Below, piece by piece: positions 8,726-16,791 of a stretch of DNA of 27,511 nt. The stretch is from Planctomycetota bacterium (GTDB taxonomy: Bacteria > Planctomycetota > UBA1135 > UBA2386), in the NCBI GenBank assembly GCA_023433825.1, contig JAEYTU010000088.1, forward strand, positions 1-27,511. The letters are read 5' to 3'. Numbering within the stretch: the first letter of the stretch is position 1; each line of letters opens with the position of its first letter. The translations under genes were made by a program, and so were the position numbers. The notes beneath the pieces were generated by a model. That model was given only the letters and a program-made list of their open reading frames with translations. It was not told the DNA's origin and made no database searches.

Positions 8726-9961
8726 TCACTGGAACTCGAGCGCGACCGAGTTGGTGATCGTCTTGACGCCGAACGGCGCGGCTGGCGACAGCACGAACCC
8801 GCCGGCGTGGACGTTCAGCCCGATCAGGGCCGCGAGTGGATTCGTCAGTTGCCCCTGTGCGCGGCCGGCGGCGTCGAGCACGCCGAGAAAGCCGGTCGAC
8901 AGGAGCGGGATGTTGGTGCCGAACGTCGCGAGGAAGAGTCCGTCGCCGTCGATCGGGACCTGACGCGCGCCGAGCGGGAAGCCGGTCGTGCCGCCGGACA
9001 ACGCCAGTGCGTAGGTCAGACCGGCCGACGTCGGGTCGACCAACGTCAGCGCCGCGGAGCCGATCAGGCTCGGCGCGCCGAGAGACGTCAGTCCGGAGAA
9101 GCGCGCCGTCAGGATCTCCTGGCTGCCGTTGGCGGCTGGGAAGCCACCGGCGAGCAGCACCTCCGTCCCGTCGAGTGAGAACGTCGCGCTGTAGATGCCG
9201 CCGCTCGGCGCGATGTTCGAGAAGTCGGAGATCAGCACCGGCGTCCCGAACGGTGCCGAGAAGTTCGTGCGGGTGGCGACGAACACTTCGAGGCGGCCGG
9301 TCGCCGCGACCGAACGGCAGAACGTGATCCGCAATCCGTCCTTCGAGATCTCGACGTCGCGATACGACTCCCGCGCGTTCTGCACGGCGGCGAGCTCGGC
9401 GACGACCGTCGGCGGTCCGAACGGGCTCAGCAGGTCCGGGCGCGTCGCGCGGAAGATCGAGAAGTTCGGTGCGTACGGCGCGCCGTGACCCGACGACAGG
9501 AAGTAGACCTCACGGCCGTCGAGCGTCAGCGAAGGACCGCCGTCGGTGGCCGACGAGTTCAACTCGGTCACGAACGTCGGCGTGTTCCACGGCGACGTCG
9601 GCGAGGCCCGCGTCGCGCGCATGATGTCCATCGATCCGCCGCGCGTGGAGTCGAACCAGATCTCGAGACCGCTGACGGTCAGGAACGGGCTGCTGTCGGT
9701 CGCGACCGGATCGCCGAGCGCCGTCTCTTGGACCGGCGTCGACCACGGGGCGTTCAGGTTCGGCCGGGTGGCCGACCAGATCTCCCAGTTGCTGCTTCGG
9801 AACGATCCGAAGTGGACCGTCAGGCCGTCGAACGACAGGTGCGGCGCGGTGTCGGCGGCCGTCGAGTTCAGTTCGGTGACGTTGGTCGGAGTGGACCAGC
9901 CGGATTGGGCGGAAAGCGCACCGGCGAGGCAGAGTGCGACGAAGGGAGCGGAGTTGTGCAT
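8726..9961 (-). CDS. Secreted PD40/TolB-like beta-propeller protein with a distinct C-terminal domain
   Basis: Signal peptide ending LSA-Q, then five repeats of about 50 aa (ELNS..D..P.LS.DG..v.F.S......i..ATR....PF..P), then a beta-rich C-terminal domain of about 120 aa. Confidence 0.8.
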   Translation of the reverse strand: MHNSAPFVALCLAGALSAQSGWSTPTNVTELNSTAADTAPHLSFDGLTVHFGSFRSSNWEIWSATRPNLNAPWSTPVQETALGDPVATDSSPFLTVSGLEIWFDSTRGGSMDIMRATRASPTSPWNTPTFVTELNSSATDGGPSLTLDGREVYFLSSGHGAPYAPNFSIFRATRPDLLSPFGPPTVVAELAAVQNARESYRDVEISKDGLRITFCRSVAATGRLEVFVATRTNFSAPFGTPVLISDFSNIAPSGGIYSATFSLDGTEVLLAGGFPAANGSQEILTARFSGLTSLGAPSLIGSAALTLVDPTSAGLTYALALSGGTTGFPLGARQVPIDGDGLFLATFGTNIPLLSTGFLGVLDAAGRAQGQLTNPLAALIGLNVHAGGFVLSPAAPFGVKTITNSVALEFQ

Positions 9962-9991
9962 CGGGGAGTCGTCTGGCGTGGCAGGGGCGGG

Positions 9992-10025
9992 CGACCCTGA
10001 CGACCGATGCGCGCCGTCAGGGTCG
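9992..10025. promoter_or_regulatory. Perfect 11-bp inverted repeat (hairpin or operator) upstream of the propeller gene
   Basis: CGACCCTGACG-N12-CGTCAGGGTCG in the intergenic gap. Confidence 0.45.
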
Positions 10026-10066
10026 AATCGAGGCGGGACTCGGCATCGCGCCGGGTCGCGCGCGGA

Positions 10067-12055
10067 TCAACGGTTCGATCGCGCCGGCGGAATCGTCGAC
10101 GACGGCGTCGATCTCTGCGCGACCAGCCGCAGCGGCCCGGTCCCGGTCCGCACTTCGATCGGCTGATACCGCCCGCGAACGATGATCCGGTACTGGCCGG
10201 CGACGAGTTGCTCGAACCGGAACCGTCCGTCCGCCGCGGTCAGCGTCGATTCGACGTGGTCGGGCGCTTGCGGATCCTCTGCGCGGTCGAGGCGAGCGGT
10301 CAGCAGCGCCTGTCCCATCGGCACACCGTGCTCGTCGACGACGATGCCTTCGAGCGGCTCCTGCCGCGGCAGGCGGAAGTCGATCCGGGGCGAGTTCTCT
10401 CCGACGCGGACTCCCAAAACGCGCTTGCCCTGCCAGTTCGAGCCCGGCGGTGGACGGAGATCGAGCGTCAATTCGACGTGCGGCAGACGCGAGAGCTCGA
10501 AGTTCCCAGCGGGGTCGGTACGCATCCGACCGACGACCTGCACCGGCTGCGTGCGCGGAATCGACGCCACGACTTCGACGCCTTGGATCGGGCGATCGTC
10601 GACGCCCAGCACGCGCCCGCGGAGGCGATTCGGTGCCGTCAGTTGGATCTGCTGCGTCGTCGTCTGGGTCTGGAGCGCGACGAGTTTGCGCCACGTCGGC
10701 ATCCCCGGTGCGCCGGCAAGCACGCCGACGCGATCGCGAGCGGCCCGCGACGGCAGCAGGCCGTCGAACTGGAAGCTCCCGTCGGGCCCGACCGCCGACG
10801 TCCGCACTTCGTACATCAACGTCTGCACCGGCGGCACGCGCTCGACGGCGACGCGCACCTTGACCCAGCCCTCGTGCGCCGGCTCCTGCGACGGGAGGAA
10901 CAAGTGGCCTTGCAGGGAGCGGGTCGGCGAGACGCGGAGGTCGAGTTCGTCGACCTTCGGCACCCACAGCAGGTAGGCCTCGCTGGCCAAGCCCGGGCCG
11001 TGTGCGCGCAGGACGAGTTGGTGGAACGCCGCCTCGATCTGGAAGCGGCCGTTCGCGTCGGAAGTGACGAACTGCGTCCCGGGCGTCGGCGCCTGCGGCG
11101 TCCCGAGTTCCATGTCGCCGCCGCCCGTGTCCTCGACGTGTCGCCACAGCACCGTCACGCCGGAGACAGCGCGACCCGCGTCGTCGATCGTCCGACCGAC
11201 GATCGGCTTGCGAGCGAAGAACCGCACGTAGAGTGGCATCTCCGGGAGCCACCCGGCGGCCGGACCGAGGTCCACCGGGACACACGCGTACGGGCTGCCG
11301 GGCTCCGGATGGGCGAGCAGGCGAACGTTCGACGCACCGGCCGGGAGGTCTGCGGTGACGCGGCCGCCGTGATCGGACCGCACGACGAATCCGTGCTCGG
11401 CGTCGTCGACGCCGTCGGTGTAGCGCACGCGGATCGGCACGTCGGCGAGCGGACGCGGTGTGTCGGAATCGGTCAGGATCGCCAACAGGTGCACGCGCCG
11501 CGCCGGCGGCTGCTGCTGCGACTCGACTTCGCGCCGCGACGGCGTCCGCTCGACGTGCGCCGGTTGCGACTCCATCAGCGCGGCGAGGTCGACCGCATGC
11601 GCGGCATCGGCGCCGGCGACGAACCGATGGCGAACGCCGAGCGCGAGGACGGTCGGCGGTACTCCGACGAAGCTGCCGTGACCGTCGGTCAGCGTCACCG
11701 CGACGACCGGCCCGGCCGGTTGCCATTCGACCTCCGCGACGAACCGAGCGCGCGCGAACAGGAACTCGCCGGCGATCGTCCGCAGCATTCCGTCGAACGG
11801 TTCGCCACGGACCAACGAACCCGAGGCCAGCTCCAGGCTCCCGTCGCCGGTGCTCGCATCGATCGGCGCGGTCGGTGCAGTGTCGACGTCGTGGAACGCG
11901 GCCGCCGCGATCGCCATCAGCGCCAGCAGCGACGCGCACAGCAACAGCGCGGGTCGAAGCGCGTTGCGCATCCGGCGCGGACGTGTCACCAGCCGCTCGT
12001 AGTTCGGCGGCGTGAACACGCGCAGGTGGGACAGGGATCGGTCGAGTCGGCTCAA
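10067..12055 (-). CDS. Membrane-anchored carboxypeptidase regulatory-like domain protein (putative anti-sigma/sensor)
   Basis: TTG start overlaps the ECF stop (TTGA). Short N-terminus, one TM helix, then repeated G.V.D..G.P..G..V...TD..G.F modules (e.g. GRTIDDAGRAVSGVTV, GRVLGVDDRPIQGVEV, GIVVDEHGVPMGQA). Confidence 0.8.
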   Translation of the reverse strand: MSRLDRSLSHLRVFTPPNYERLVTRPRRMRNALRPALLLCASLLALMAIAAAAFHDVDTAPTAPIDASTGDGSLELASGSLVRGEPFDGMLRTIAGEFLFARARFVAEVEWQPAGPVVAVTLTDGHGSFVGVPPTVLALGVRHRFVAGADAAHAVDLAALMESQPAHVERTPSRREVESQQQPPARRVHLLAILTDSDTPRPLADVPIRVRYTDGVDDAEHGFVVRSDHGGRVTADLPAGASNVRLLAHPEPGSPYACVPVDLGPAAGWLPEMPLYVRFFARKPIVGRTIDDAGRAVSGVTVLWRHVEDTGGGDMELGTPQAPTPGTQFVTSDANGRFQIEAAFHQLVLRAHGPGLASEAYLLWVPKVDELDLRVSPTRSLQGHLFLPSQEPAHEGWVKVRVAVERVPPVQTLMYEVRTSAVGPDGSFQFDGLLPSRAARDRVGVLAGAPGMPTWRKLVALQTQTTTQQIQLTAPNRLRGRVLGVDDRPIQGVEVVASIPRTQPVQVVGRMRTDPAGNFELSRLPHVELTLDLRPPPGSNWQGKRVLGVRVGENSPRIDFRLPRQEPLEGIVVDEHGVPMGQALLTARLDRAEDPQAPDHVESTLTAADGRFRFEQLVAGQYRIIVRGRYQPIEVRTGTGPLRLVAQRSTPSSTIPPARSNR

Positions 12056-12630
12056 TCGGTTTCCCGCAGGTGCGCCAACTGGCGCGAGAGTCGTGCGCGA
12101 ACCCGTTTGTGACGGCCGCGCAGCGCTTCGATCGTGATGCCGAGGGTCTCGGCTGCTTCCGCGTAGCCGTAGCCCTCGAGCGAGGTCAGCACGAGAACGG
12201 CACGATCGAGCGGCGCTTCGCGTCGCAGCGCTTCCTCGACCGAGACGGCGGTCTCGTCACGGATCGCGGCGAGCTCGGGCATCGGCGCCTCGGCTTGCTG
12301 TGCGAACGGCCGCAACAACTTCATCAGTCGGCGGCGGCGCTGGCGGCGGCGCAGTTCGTCGATCGCCGCGCGCACGGCGATCCGATGCAGCCACGTTCCG
12401 AGGCTCGCGCGCCCGTCGAAGCTCGCGAGGCGTCGCGGCAGGTCGACGAAGATGTCGTGCAAGCAGTCGTAGGTGGCTTCGCGTTCCAGCAGGATGCGCC
12501 CGATCACGCGACAGAGGTCCGTGGAGTGCTTCTCGTAGATGGTGGCGACGATGTCCGATCCGCCGCGTCGCAGCTCCACCAGTTCGTCGGTGGACTGCAC
12601 AGGAGGAACGACAGGCAAACGTGACGCCAT
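12052..12630 (-). CDS. ECF RNA polymerase sigma-70 factor
   Basis: Region 2 (DCLHDIF...SFDGRASLGTWLHRIAVRAAIDELRR) and region 4 (RAVLVLTSLEGYGYAEAAETLGITIEALRGRHKRVR). ATG 12630 is preceded by GAGG. Confidence 0.9.
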   Translation of the reverse strand: MASRLPVVPPVQSTDELVELRRGGSDIVATIYEKHSTDLCRVIGRILLEREATYDCLHDIFVDLPRRLASFDGRASLGTWLHRIAVRAAIDELRRRQRRRRLMKLLRPFAQQAEAPMPELAAIRDETAVSVEEALRREAPLDRAVLVLTSLEGYGYAEAAETLGITIEALRGRHKRVRARLSRQLAHLRETD

Positions 12631-12713
12631 CCACACACCTCTTCGACGCGGCAAGCGGGACGCAGGGTCGGCATCCCGTGGGTTAGAGCGAGGCGGGGAG
12701 GATACCGAGTGCG

Positions 12714-14933
12714 TCAGTGGTCCCGAAGTCGCTCGCGCAGGCGTTGCGTCAGATTCGTGAACCGATCGGCCTCGTCCGTGTTCCGAATCGCCGTCGCCAT
12801 CGCCTTGCGGGAGCCGACCAGCACGACGAGTCGTCGCCCACGCGTGATCGCCGTGTAGAGCAGATTGCGACGCAGCATCAGGAAGTGATCGCTCGCGAGC
12901 GGCATGACGACGGCCGGGTATTCACTACCCTGCGAGCGATGGACGGAGATCGCGTAGGCCGGCACGACCTGGTCGAGTTCGGTGAACGGCACGTCGATCT
13001 CGCGTTCGCCGAAGCGCAGTCGGGCGCGTGCGTTCGCGCGGTCGAGGTCGAGGATTCGACCGACGTCGCCGTTGAACACGTCCTGCTCGTAGTCGTTGCG
13101 CACCTGCATGACGCGGTCGCCGACGCGGAACCGCTTGCCGCCCCGTTCGACCTCCTGCGCGCCGGGATTCAGGACGTCTTGGAGATCGCGATTGATCGCG
13201 TCGGCACCGGCGTCGCCGCGGTACATCGGACACAGCACCTGAATGTCGCGCCGCGGGTCCATCCCGAATCGCTTCGGGATGCGGTGGACGACCAACTCGC
13301 GAACCAGCGCGCGTGTGTGCGCCGGTGACTTGCCGTCGACGACGAAGAAGTCGCCGCCCTCGCCCGAGGACGTCGGTTCCTCGCCGCGCAGCACCGCGTG
13401 CGCGGCCGCGACGATCGCCGAACCCTCCTGCTGCCGGAAGATCTCGGTCAGCGGCGTGACCGGGACGCGGCCGCTGGCGATGACGTCGCCGAGCACGTGA
13501 CCCGGACCGACGGCCGGGAGTTGGTGAACGTCGCCGACGAACACGACGCGCATTCCCAGCGGAACGGCCCGCAGCAGGTGGTAGGCGAGTTGGACGTCGA
13601 GCATCGACGCCTCGTCGACGACGAGCATGTCGCCGTCGAGCGGCGTCGTGGCGTCGCGTTGGAAGCGATGCACGCCCGCTTGGTACTCCAGCAGCCGGTG
13701 GATCGTCGACGCCGCACGCTGCGTCGACTCCTCGAGCCGCTTCGCAGCGCGACCGGTCGGCGCCGCGAGACGCAACGTCAGCGACTTCTGCGCGAGGATC
13801 TCGGCGAGCGCCCGGACGATCGTCGTCTTGCCGACGCCGGGGCCGCCGGTGATGACGCTGACGTTCGAACGAAACGCCCACTGCAGCGCCTCGCGCTGAC
13901 CGGTCGGGAGCCGCATGCCACTCTGCGTCTCGAACCACGCGAGCGCGCGATCGACGTCGATCGGCAGCGGTCGTGTCGGCGCGGCGACCAGCCGATCGAG
14001 CGCCTCGGCGACGCCGCGTTCGGCCGCGTGCAGCGCGACCGGATACACGCTGAGCGGCGCGTTCTCGACCAGCGCGCGCGGTCCCGGCGGGTGTTCGCGC
14101 ACGATCCGATGCTGAATGGCGAGTTCCGCGATCTCGACGCCGATCACGGCCTCGTCGCACTGCAGCAATGCGGCCGTTCGCTGCAGCAACACCGGCTCGG
14201 GCAGGAAGCAATGTCCCTCCTTCGCGGCCTGTCCGAGCACGTGCAGCAACCCGCCGCGGATCCGCTCGGGCGCCGTCGCCTGGATCCCGAGCGACGCGGC
14301 GATCCGGTCGGCGGTCTTGAAGCCGATGCCGAGCACTTCGTCGGCGAGTCGGTACGGGTCCGCCATGACGAGCGCCGCGGCACCCTTGCCGTAGCGACGC
14401 GCGATGCGGTTCGCGAGGCCTTGGCCGAGGCCGTGCGTGCGAAGGAACACCATCAAGTCCTGCACGTCCTTCTGCGAACGGACGGCGGTGACCAGTTCGT
14501 CGATCCGCTTCCGGCCGAGGCCTTTGACCTCGCGCAATCGCTCGGGTTCCGACTCGACGATGCGCAGCGTGTCGGCGCCGAAGGCGTCGACGATCCGCTG
14601 CGCCGTCGCCGGACCGATTCCCTTGACGAGGTGCGACGAGAGGTAGGCGACGATGCCGTCGACGGTCGACGGCAGGACCGACGTGAAGCGCGTGACCTCG
14701 ATCTGCGTGCCGAAGCGAGCGTGCGTCCGTTCGACACCTTCGATCTCAAGTCGCTGGCCTTCGGCGAGTTGAGCGAGATGACCGACGATCGTGATCGGCC
14801 CGGCTCCGCGGTCGGGGACGAAGCGGCAAACGGCGAAGCCCGTGTCCGGATTGCGGAACGTGAACCGTTCGAGCGCCCCTTCGAGGGTCACACTCCGATC
14901 GGGGAGTGGCGCTTGCGCGGGTGGTTGTTCCAA
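12714..14933 (-). CDS. recD2: ATP-dependent RecD-like DNA helicase
   Basis: N-terminal OB-like region (LEGALERFTFRNPDTGF), HhH motifs (VKGIGPATA, VKGLGRKR), Walker A GGPGVGKT, APTGRAAKRL, DEASM, VGDVHQLPAVGPG, AYAISVHRSQGSEY and LLYTAITR. Start is TTG 14933 or GTG 14891. Confidence 0.93.
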   Translation of the reverse strand: MEQPPAQAPLPDRSVTLEGALERFTFRNPDTGFAVCRFVPDRGAGPITIVGHLAQLAEGQRLEIEGVERTHARFGTQIEVTRFTSVLPSTVDGIVAYLSSHLVKGIGPATAQRIVDAFGADTLRIVESEPERLREVKGLGRKRIDELVTAVRSQKDVQDLMVFLRTHGLGQGLANRIARRYGKGAAALVMADPYRLADEVLGIGFKTADRIAASLGIQATAPERIRGGLLHVLGQAAKEGHCFLPEPVLLQRTAALLQCDEAVIGVEIAELAIQHRIVREHPPGPRALVENAPLSVYPVALHAAERGVAEALDRLVAAPTRPLPIDVDRALAWFETQSGMRLPTGQREALQWAFRSNVSVITGGPGVGKTTIVRALAEILAQKSLTLRLAAPTGRAAKRLEESTQRAASTIHRLLEYQAGVHRFQRDATTPLDGDMLVVDEASMLDVQLAYHLLRAVPLGMRVVFVGDVHQLPAVGPGHVLGDVIASGRVPVTPLTEIFRQQEGSAIVAAAHAVLRGEEPTSSGEGGDFFVVDGKSPAHTRALVRELVVHRIPKRFGMDPRRDIQVLCPMYRGDAGADAINRDLQDVLNPGAQEVERGGKRFRVGDRVMQVRNDYEQDVFNGDVGRILDLDRANARARLRFGEREIDVPFTELDQVVPAYAISVHRSQGSEYPAVVMPLASDHFLMLRRNLLYTAITRGRRLVVLVGSRKAMATAIRNTDEADRFTNLTQRLRERLRDH

Positions 14934-14941
14934 CTGCCGTA

Positions 14942-14969
14942 TTGCCCTCGGGGGCGCGAAGGCTATCGT
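14942..14969 (+). promoter_or_regulatory. Sigma70-type promoter for rpsU
   Basis: TTGCCC-N16-TATCGT followed by a C-rich discriminator CCCCGCCCC. Confidence 0.5.
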
Positions 14970-15068
14970 CCCCGCCCCTTTCGTCGCCAACGGTGGTGCT
15001 GCGCCGGGTGAGCGAAGGAAACCTTCCGGCTCCATCACGGCCGGCCGAGAACCGAAGAAGACCGACTC

Positions 15069-15374
15069 ATGATCCGTGTCCAAGTCCGTCCGAACGAGCC
15101 GCTCGAAGCCGCTCTCCGTCGCTTCAAGCGCCAGTGCAACTATGCGGGCATCTTCCGCTTGGCGAAGAAGTACACGTCGTACGAGAAGCGCAGCGACAAG
15201 CGGCGACGCGAGGAGCGGGAGCGGATTCGGAACATCCAGCGCGCGATGCGGAAGCTGGAGTTCAAGACGCGGAAGAGCGGACCGAGGAAGGCGAAGGGTC
15301 GCGGTGCGGGTCAGGGCGGCGACGGAGTCGACGCGACGGCCGACGCCGGCACCGGCGTTCCCGCCATCGTGTGA
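15069..15374 (+). CDS. rpsU: 30S ribosomal protein bS21 with a C-terminal extension
   Basis: MIRVQVRPNEPLEAALRRFKRQC..AGI......YEKRSDKRRRE matches bS21; 101 aa in total. Confidence 0.9.
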   Translation: MIRVQVRPNEPLEAALRRFKRQCNYAGIFRLAKKYTSYEKRSDKRRREERERIRNIQRAMRKLEFKTRKSGPRKAKGRGAGQGGDGVDATADAGTGVPAIV

Positions 15375-15407
15375 GCCGCTGATCCGCCGGCCATCGGCGG
15401 TGCGACG

Positions 15408-16415
15408 ATGATCCCGCGTGTTCCCGGTGAGGGACCGCTCGATCTGAGCCGCCCGCTGCAAGAACTGCGGATCCAGATCGAAGCCCGTCAGGACGGGCAA
15501 CGCCTCGACAAGGCGCTCGCCGAGCACCTGACGTGGCGATCGCGCACGAGCATCCACCGGCTGATCGACGACGGATTCGTCTCGCTCGAAGGTCGCGCAG
15601 CACGCGCCGCTGGCAAGGTCCGAGGCGGGGAGATCGTCATCGTGCGCATTCCGGCGGCGCCCGAACCGTCGGCACGTGTCGCACCCGACGACGACGCGGT
15701 GTCGGTCGTCCACGAGGACCGCTGGATGATCGCCGTCGACAAGCCCCCCGGGCTCGCCGTGCACCCGGCCGGACGCCGCGTCTACGGGACGCTGATCCAC
15801 TGGTTGCACGTTCGCTATCGACGGCCGGAGACCCCGGCGAACGACGTCGTCCCGCGGTTGCTGCATCGACTGGACCGCGAGACGTCCGGCATCGTCGCGG
15901 CGAGCCTCGATGCCGACTTCCATCACGTCGTCGCGCGGCAGTTCGAGGATCGGCTGGTCTCGAAGACCTACCTCGCGGTCGTGCACGGCCGCCCGCCGCA
16001 GTCCGACGGACTGATCGATCTCGGCATCGGACCGGCGCGCGGATCGGTCGTGCGGCTGAAGCTCGAGGCTCGCGCCGACGGTTCCGGGCTACCGGCGCTG
16101 ACGCGGTATCGCGTCGTTCGTTCGAACGAGCGTTACAGCCTCGTCGAGATGGAACCGAAGACCGGTCGAACGCACCAACTGCGCGTCCACATGGCGGCGC
16201 TCGGTTGTCCGCTCGTCGGCGACAAGATCTATCTCGACGAGACGATCTTCCTGGAGGAACTCGCCGGCGCGCTGTCCGACGCGACGCGCGCGCGGCTCGT
16301 CTTGGATCGGCACGCGCTGCACGCGCACCGGCTCCGCTTCCATCATCCGCGCCTCGGGCGCGACCTCGTCCTCGAAGCGCCGCTGCCGGCGGACATGGCG
16401 GCGCTCGTTCCGTGA
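15408..16415 (+). CDS. RluA/RluD-family pseudouridine synthase with an N-terminal S4 domain
   Basis: S4 domain (QRLDKAL...SRTSIHRLI), VDKPPGLAVHP, catalytic HRLDRETSG, TGRTHQLRVHMA, PLVGDKIY and RHALHA. Confidence 0.93.
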   Translation: MIPRVPGEGPLDLSRPLQELRIQIEARQDGQRLDKALAEHLTWRSRTSIHRLIDDGFVSLEGRAARAAGKVRGGEIVIVRIPAAPEPSARVAPDDDAVSVVHEDRWMIAVDKPPGLAVHPAGRRVYGTLIHWLHVRYRRPETPANDVVPRLLHRLDRETSGIVAASLDADFHHVVARQFEDRLVSKTYLAVVHGRPPQSDGLIDLGIGPARGSVVRLKLEARADGSGLPALTRYRVVRSNERYSLVEMEPKTGRTHQLRVHMAALGCPLVGDKIYLDETIFLEELAGALSDATRARLVLDRHALHAHRLRFHHPRLGRDLVLEAPLPADMAALVP

Positions 16416-16443
16416 ATGCATCGGCGCGCGTCGCGCCTCGCGG

Positions 16444-16698
16444 TCACAACTCGTGCGTGTACGGCGTGACGAGTCGGTAGCGGTCGGTCTGCGAGAGCGG
16501 ATCCGGACTCGTGCGTGGACTCTCGCGGATCGCGTCACACGCGAACGTGTCGCGAGACGAGCGGGAGGGGCGTGGTGGGAGAGACGAACTGGAGCGCGAA
16601 TCGACGTCCCGATCGGTGGCGATCGATTCCCGTTCGGTGGAAGTCGATGACGCCATCGACTCGGCGCGGAGGCCCTCGGCTGGATCGACGATCTTCAT
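16444..16698 (-). CDS. Small hypothetical protein (84 aa, Ser/Arg-rich)
   Basis: AGGAGG SD 8 nt before ATG 16698 and an upstream extended -10 TGCTAGGCT. It fills an otherwise empty 375-nt gap. Confidence 0.55.
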   Translation of the reverse strand: MKIVDPAEGLRAESMASSTSTERESIATDRDVDSRSSSSLPPRPSRSSRDTFACDAIRESPRTSPDPLSQTDRYRLVTPYTHEL

Positions 16699-16729
16699 CT
16701 GGGCGTCCTCCTGGACGGGGAACCGCGGG

Positions 16730-16738
16730 AGCCTAGCA
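16730..16738 (-). promoter_or_regulatory. Extended -10 element (TGcTAGGCT) for the small ORF
   Basis: Minus strand reads ATTGCTAGGCTCCCGCGG...CCAGGAGGACGCCCAGATG. Confidence 0.45.
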
Positions 16739-16791
16739 ATCCTCGGAGGAACATTCTCGCCGCACGCCGCGCCGCGAGCGGTCGGCGACCG

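Noticed and set aside
9100..9900. DNA-level repeats such as CGAGTTCA..TCGGT.ACG within the propeller gene
   Set aside because: Explained by protein blade repeats (TELNS), not an independent DNA repeat element.
14993..15038. Possible SRP (4.5S) RNA or tRNA because of the GAAGGAA-like motif
   Set aside because: It lacks the SRP helix-8 context (CAGG...GGAA...AGCAG) and has no cloverleaf; kept only as a candidate rpsU leader.
14934..15986. Apparent 350-aa N-terminal extension of RecD2 (ORF 12714..15986, 1090 aa)
   Set aside because: The extension is antisense to rpsU and the pseudouridine synthase gene, and RecD2 homology begins only near 14890. It is a stop-poor shadow frame in high-GC DNA.
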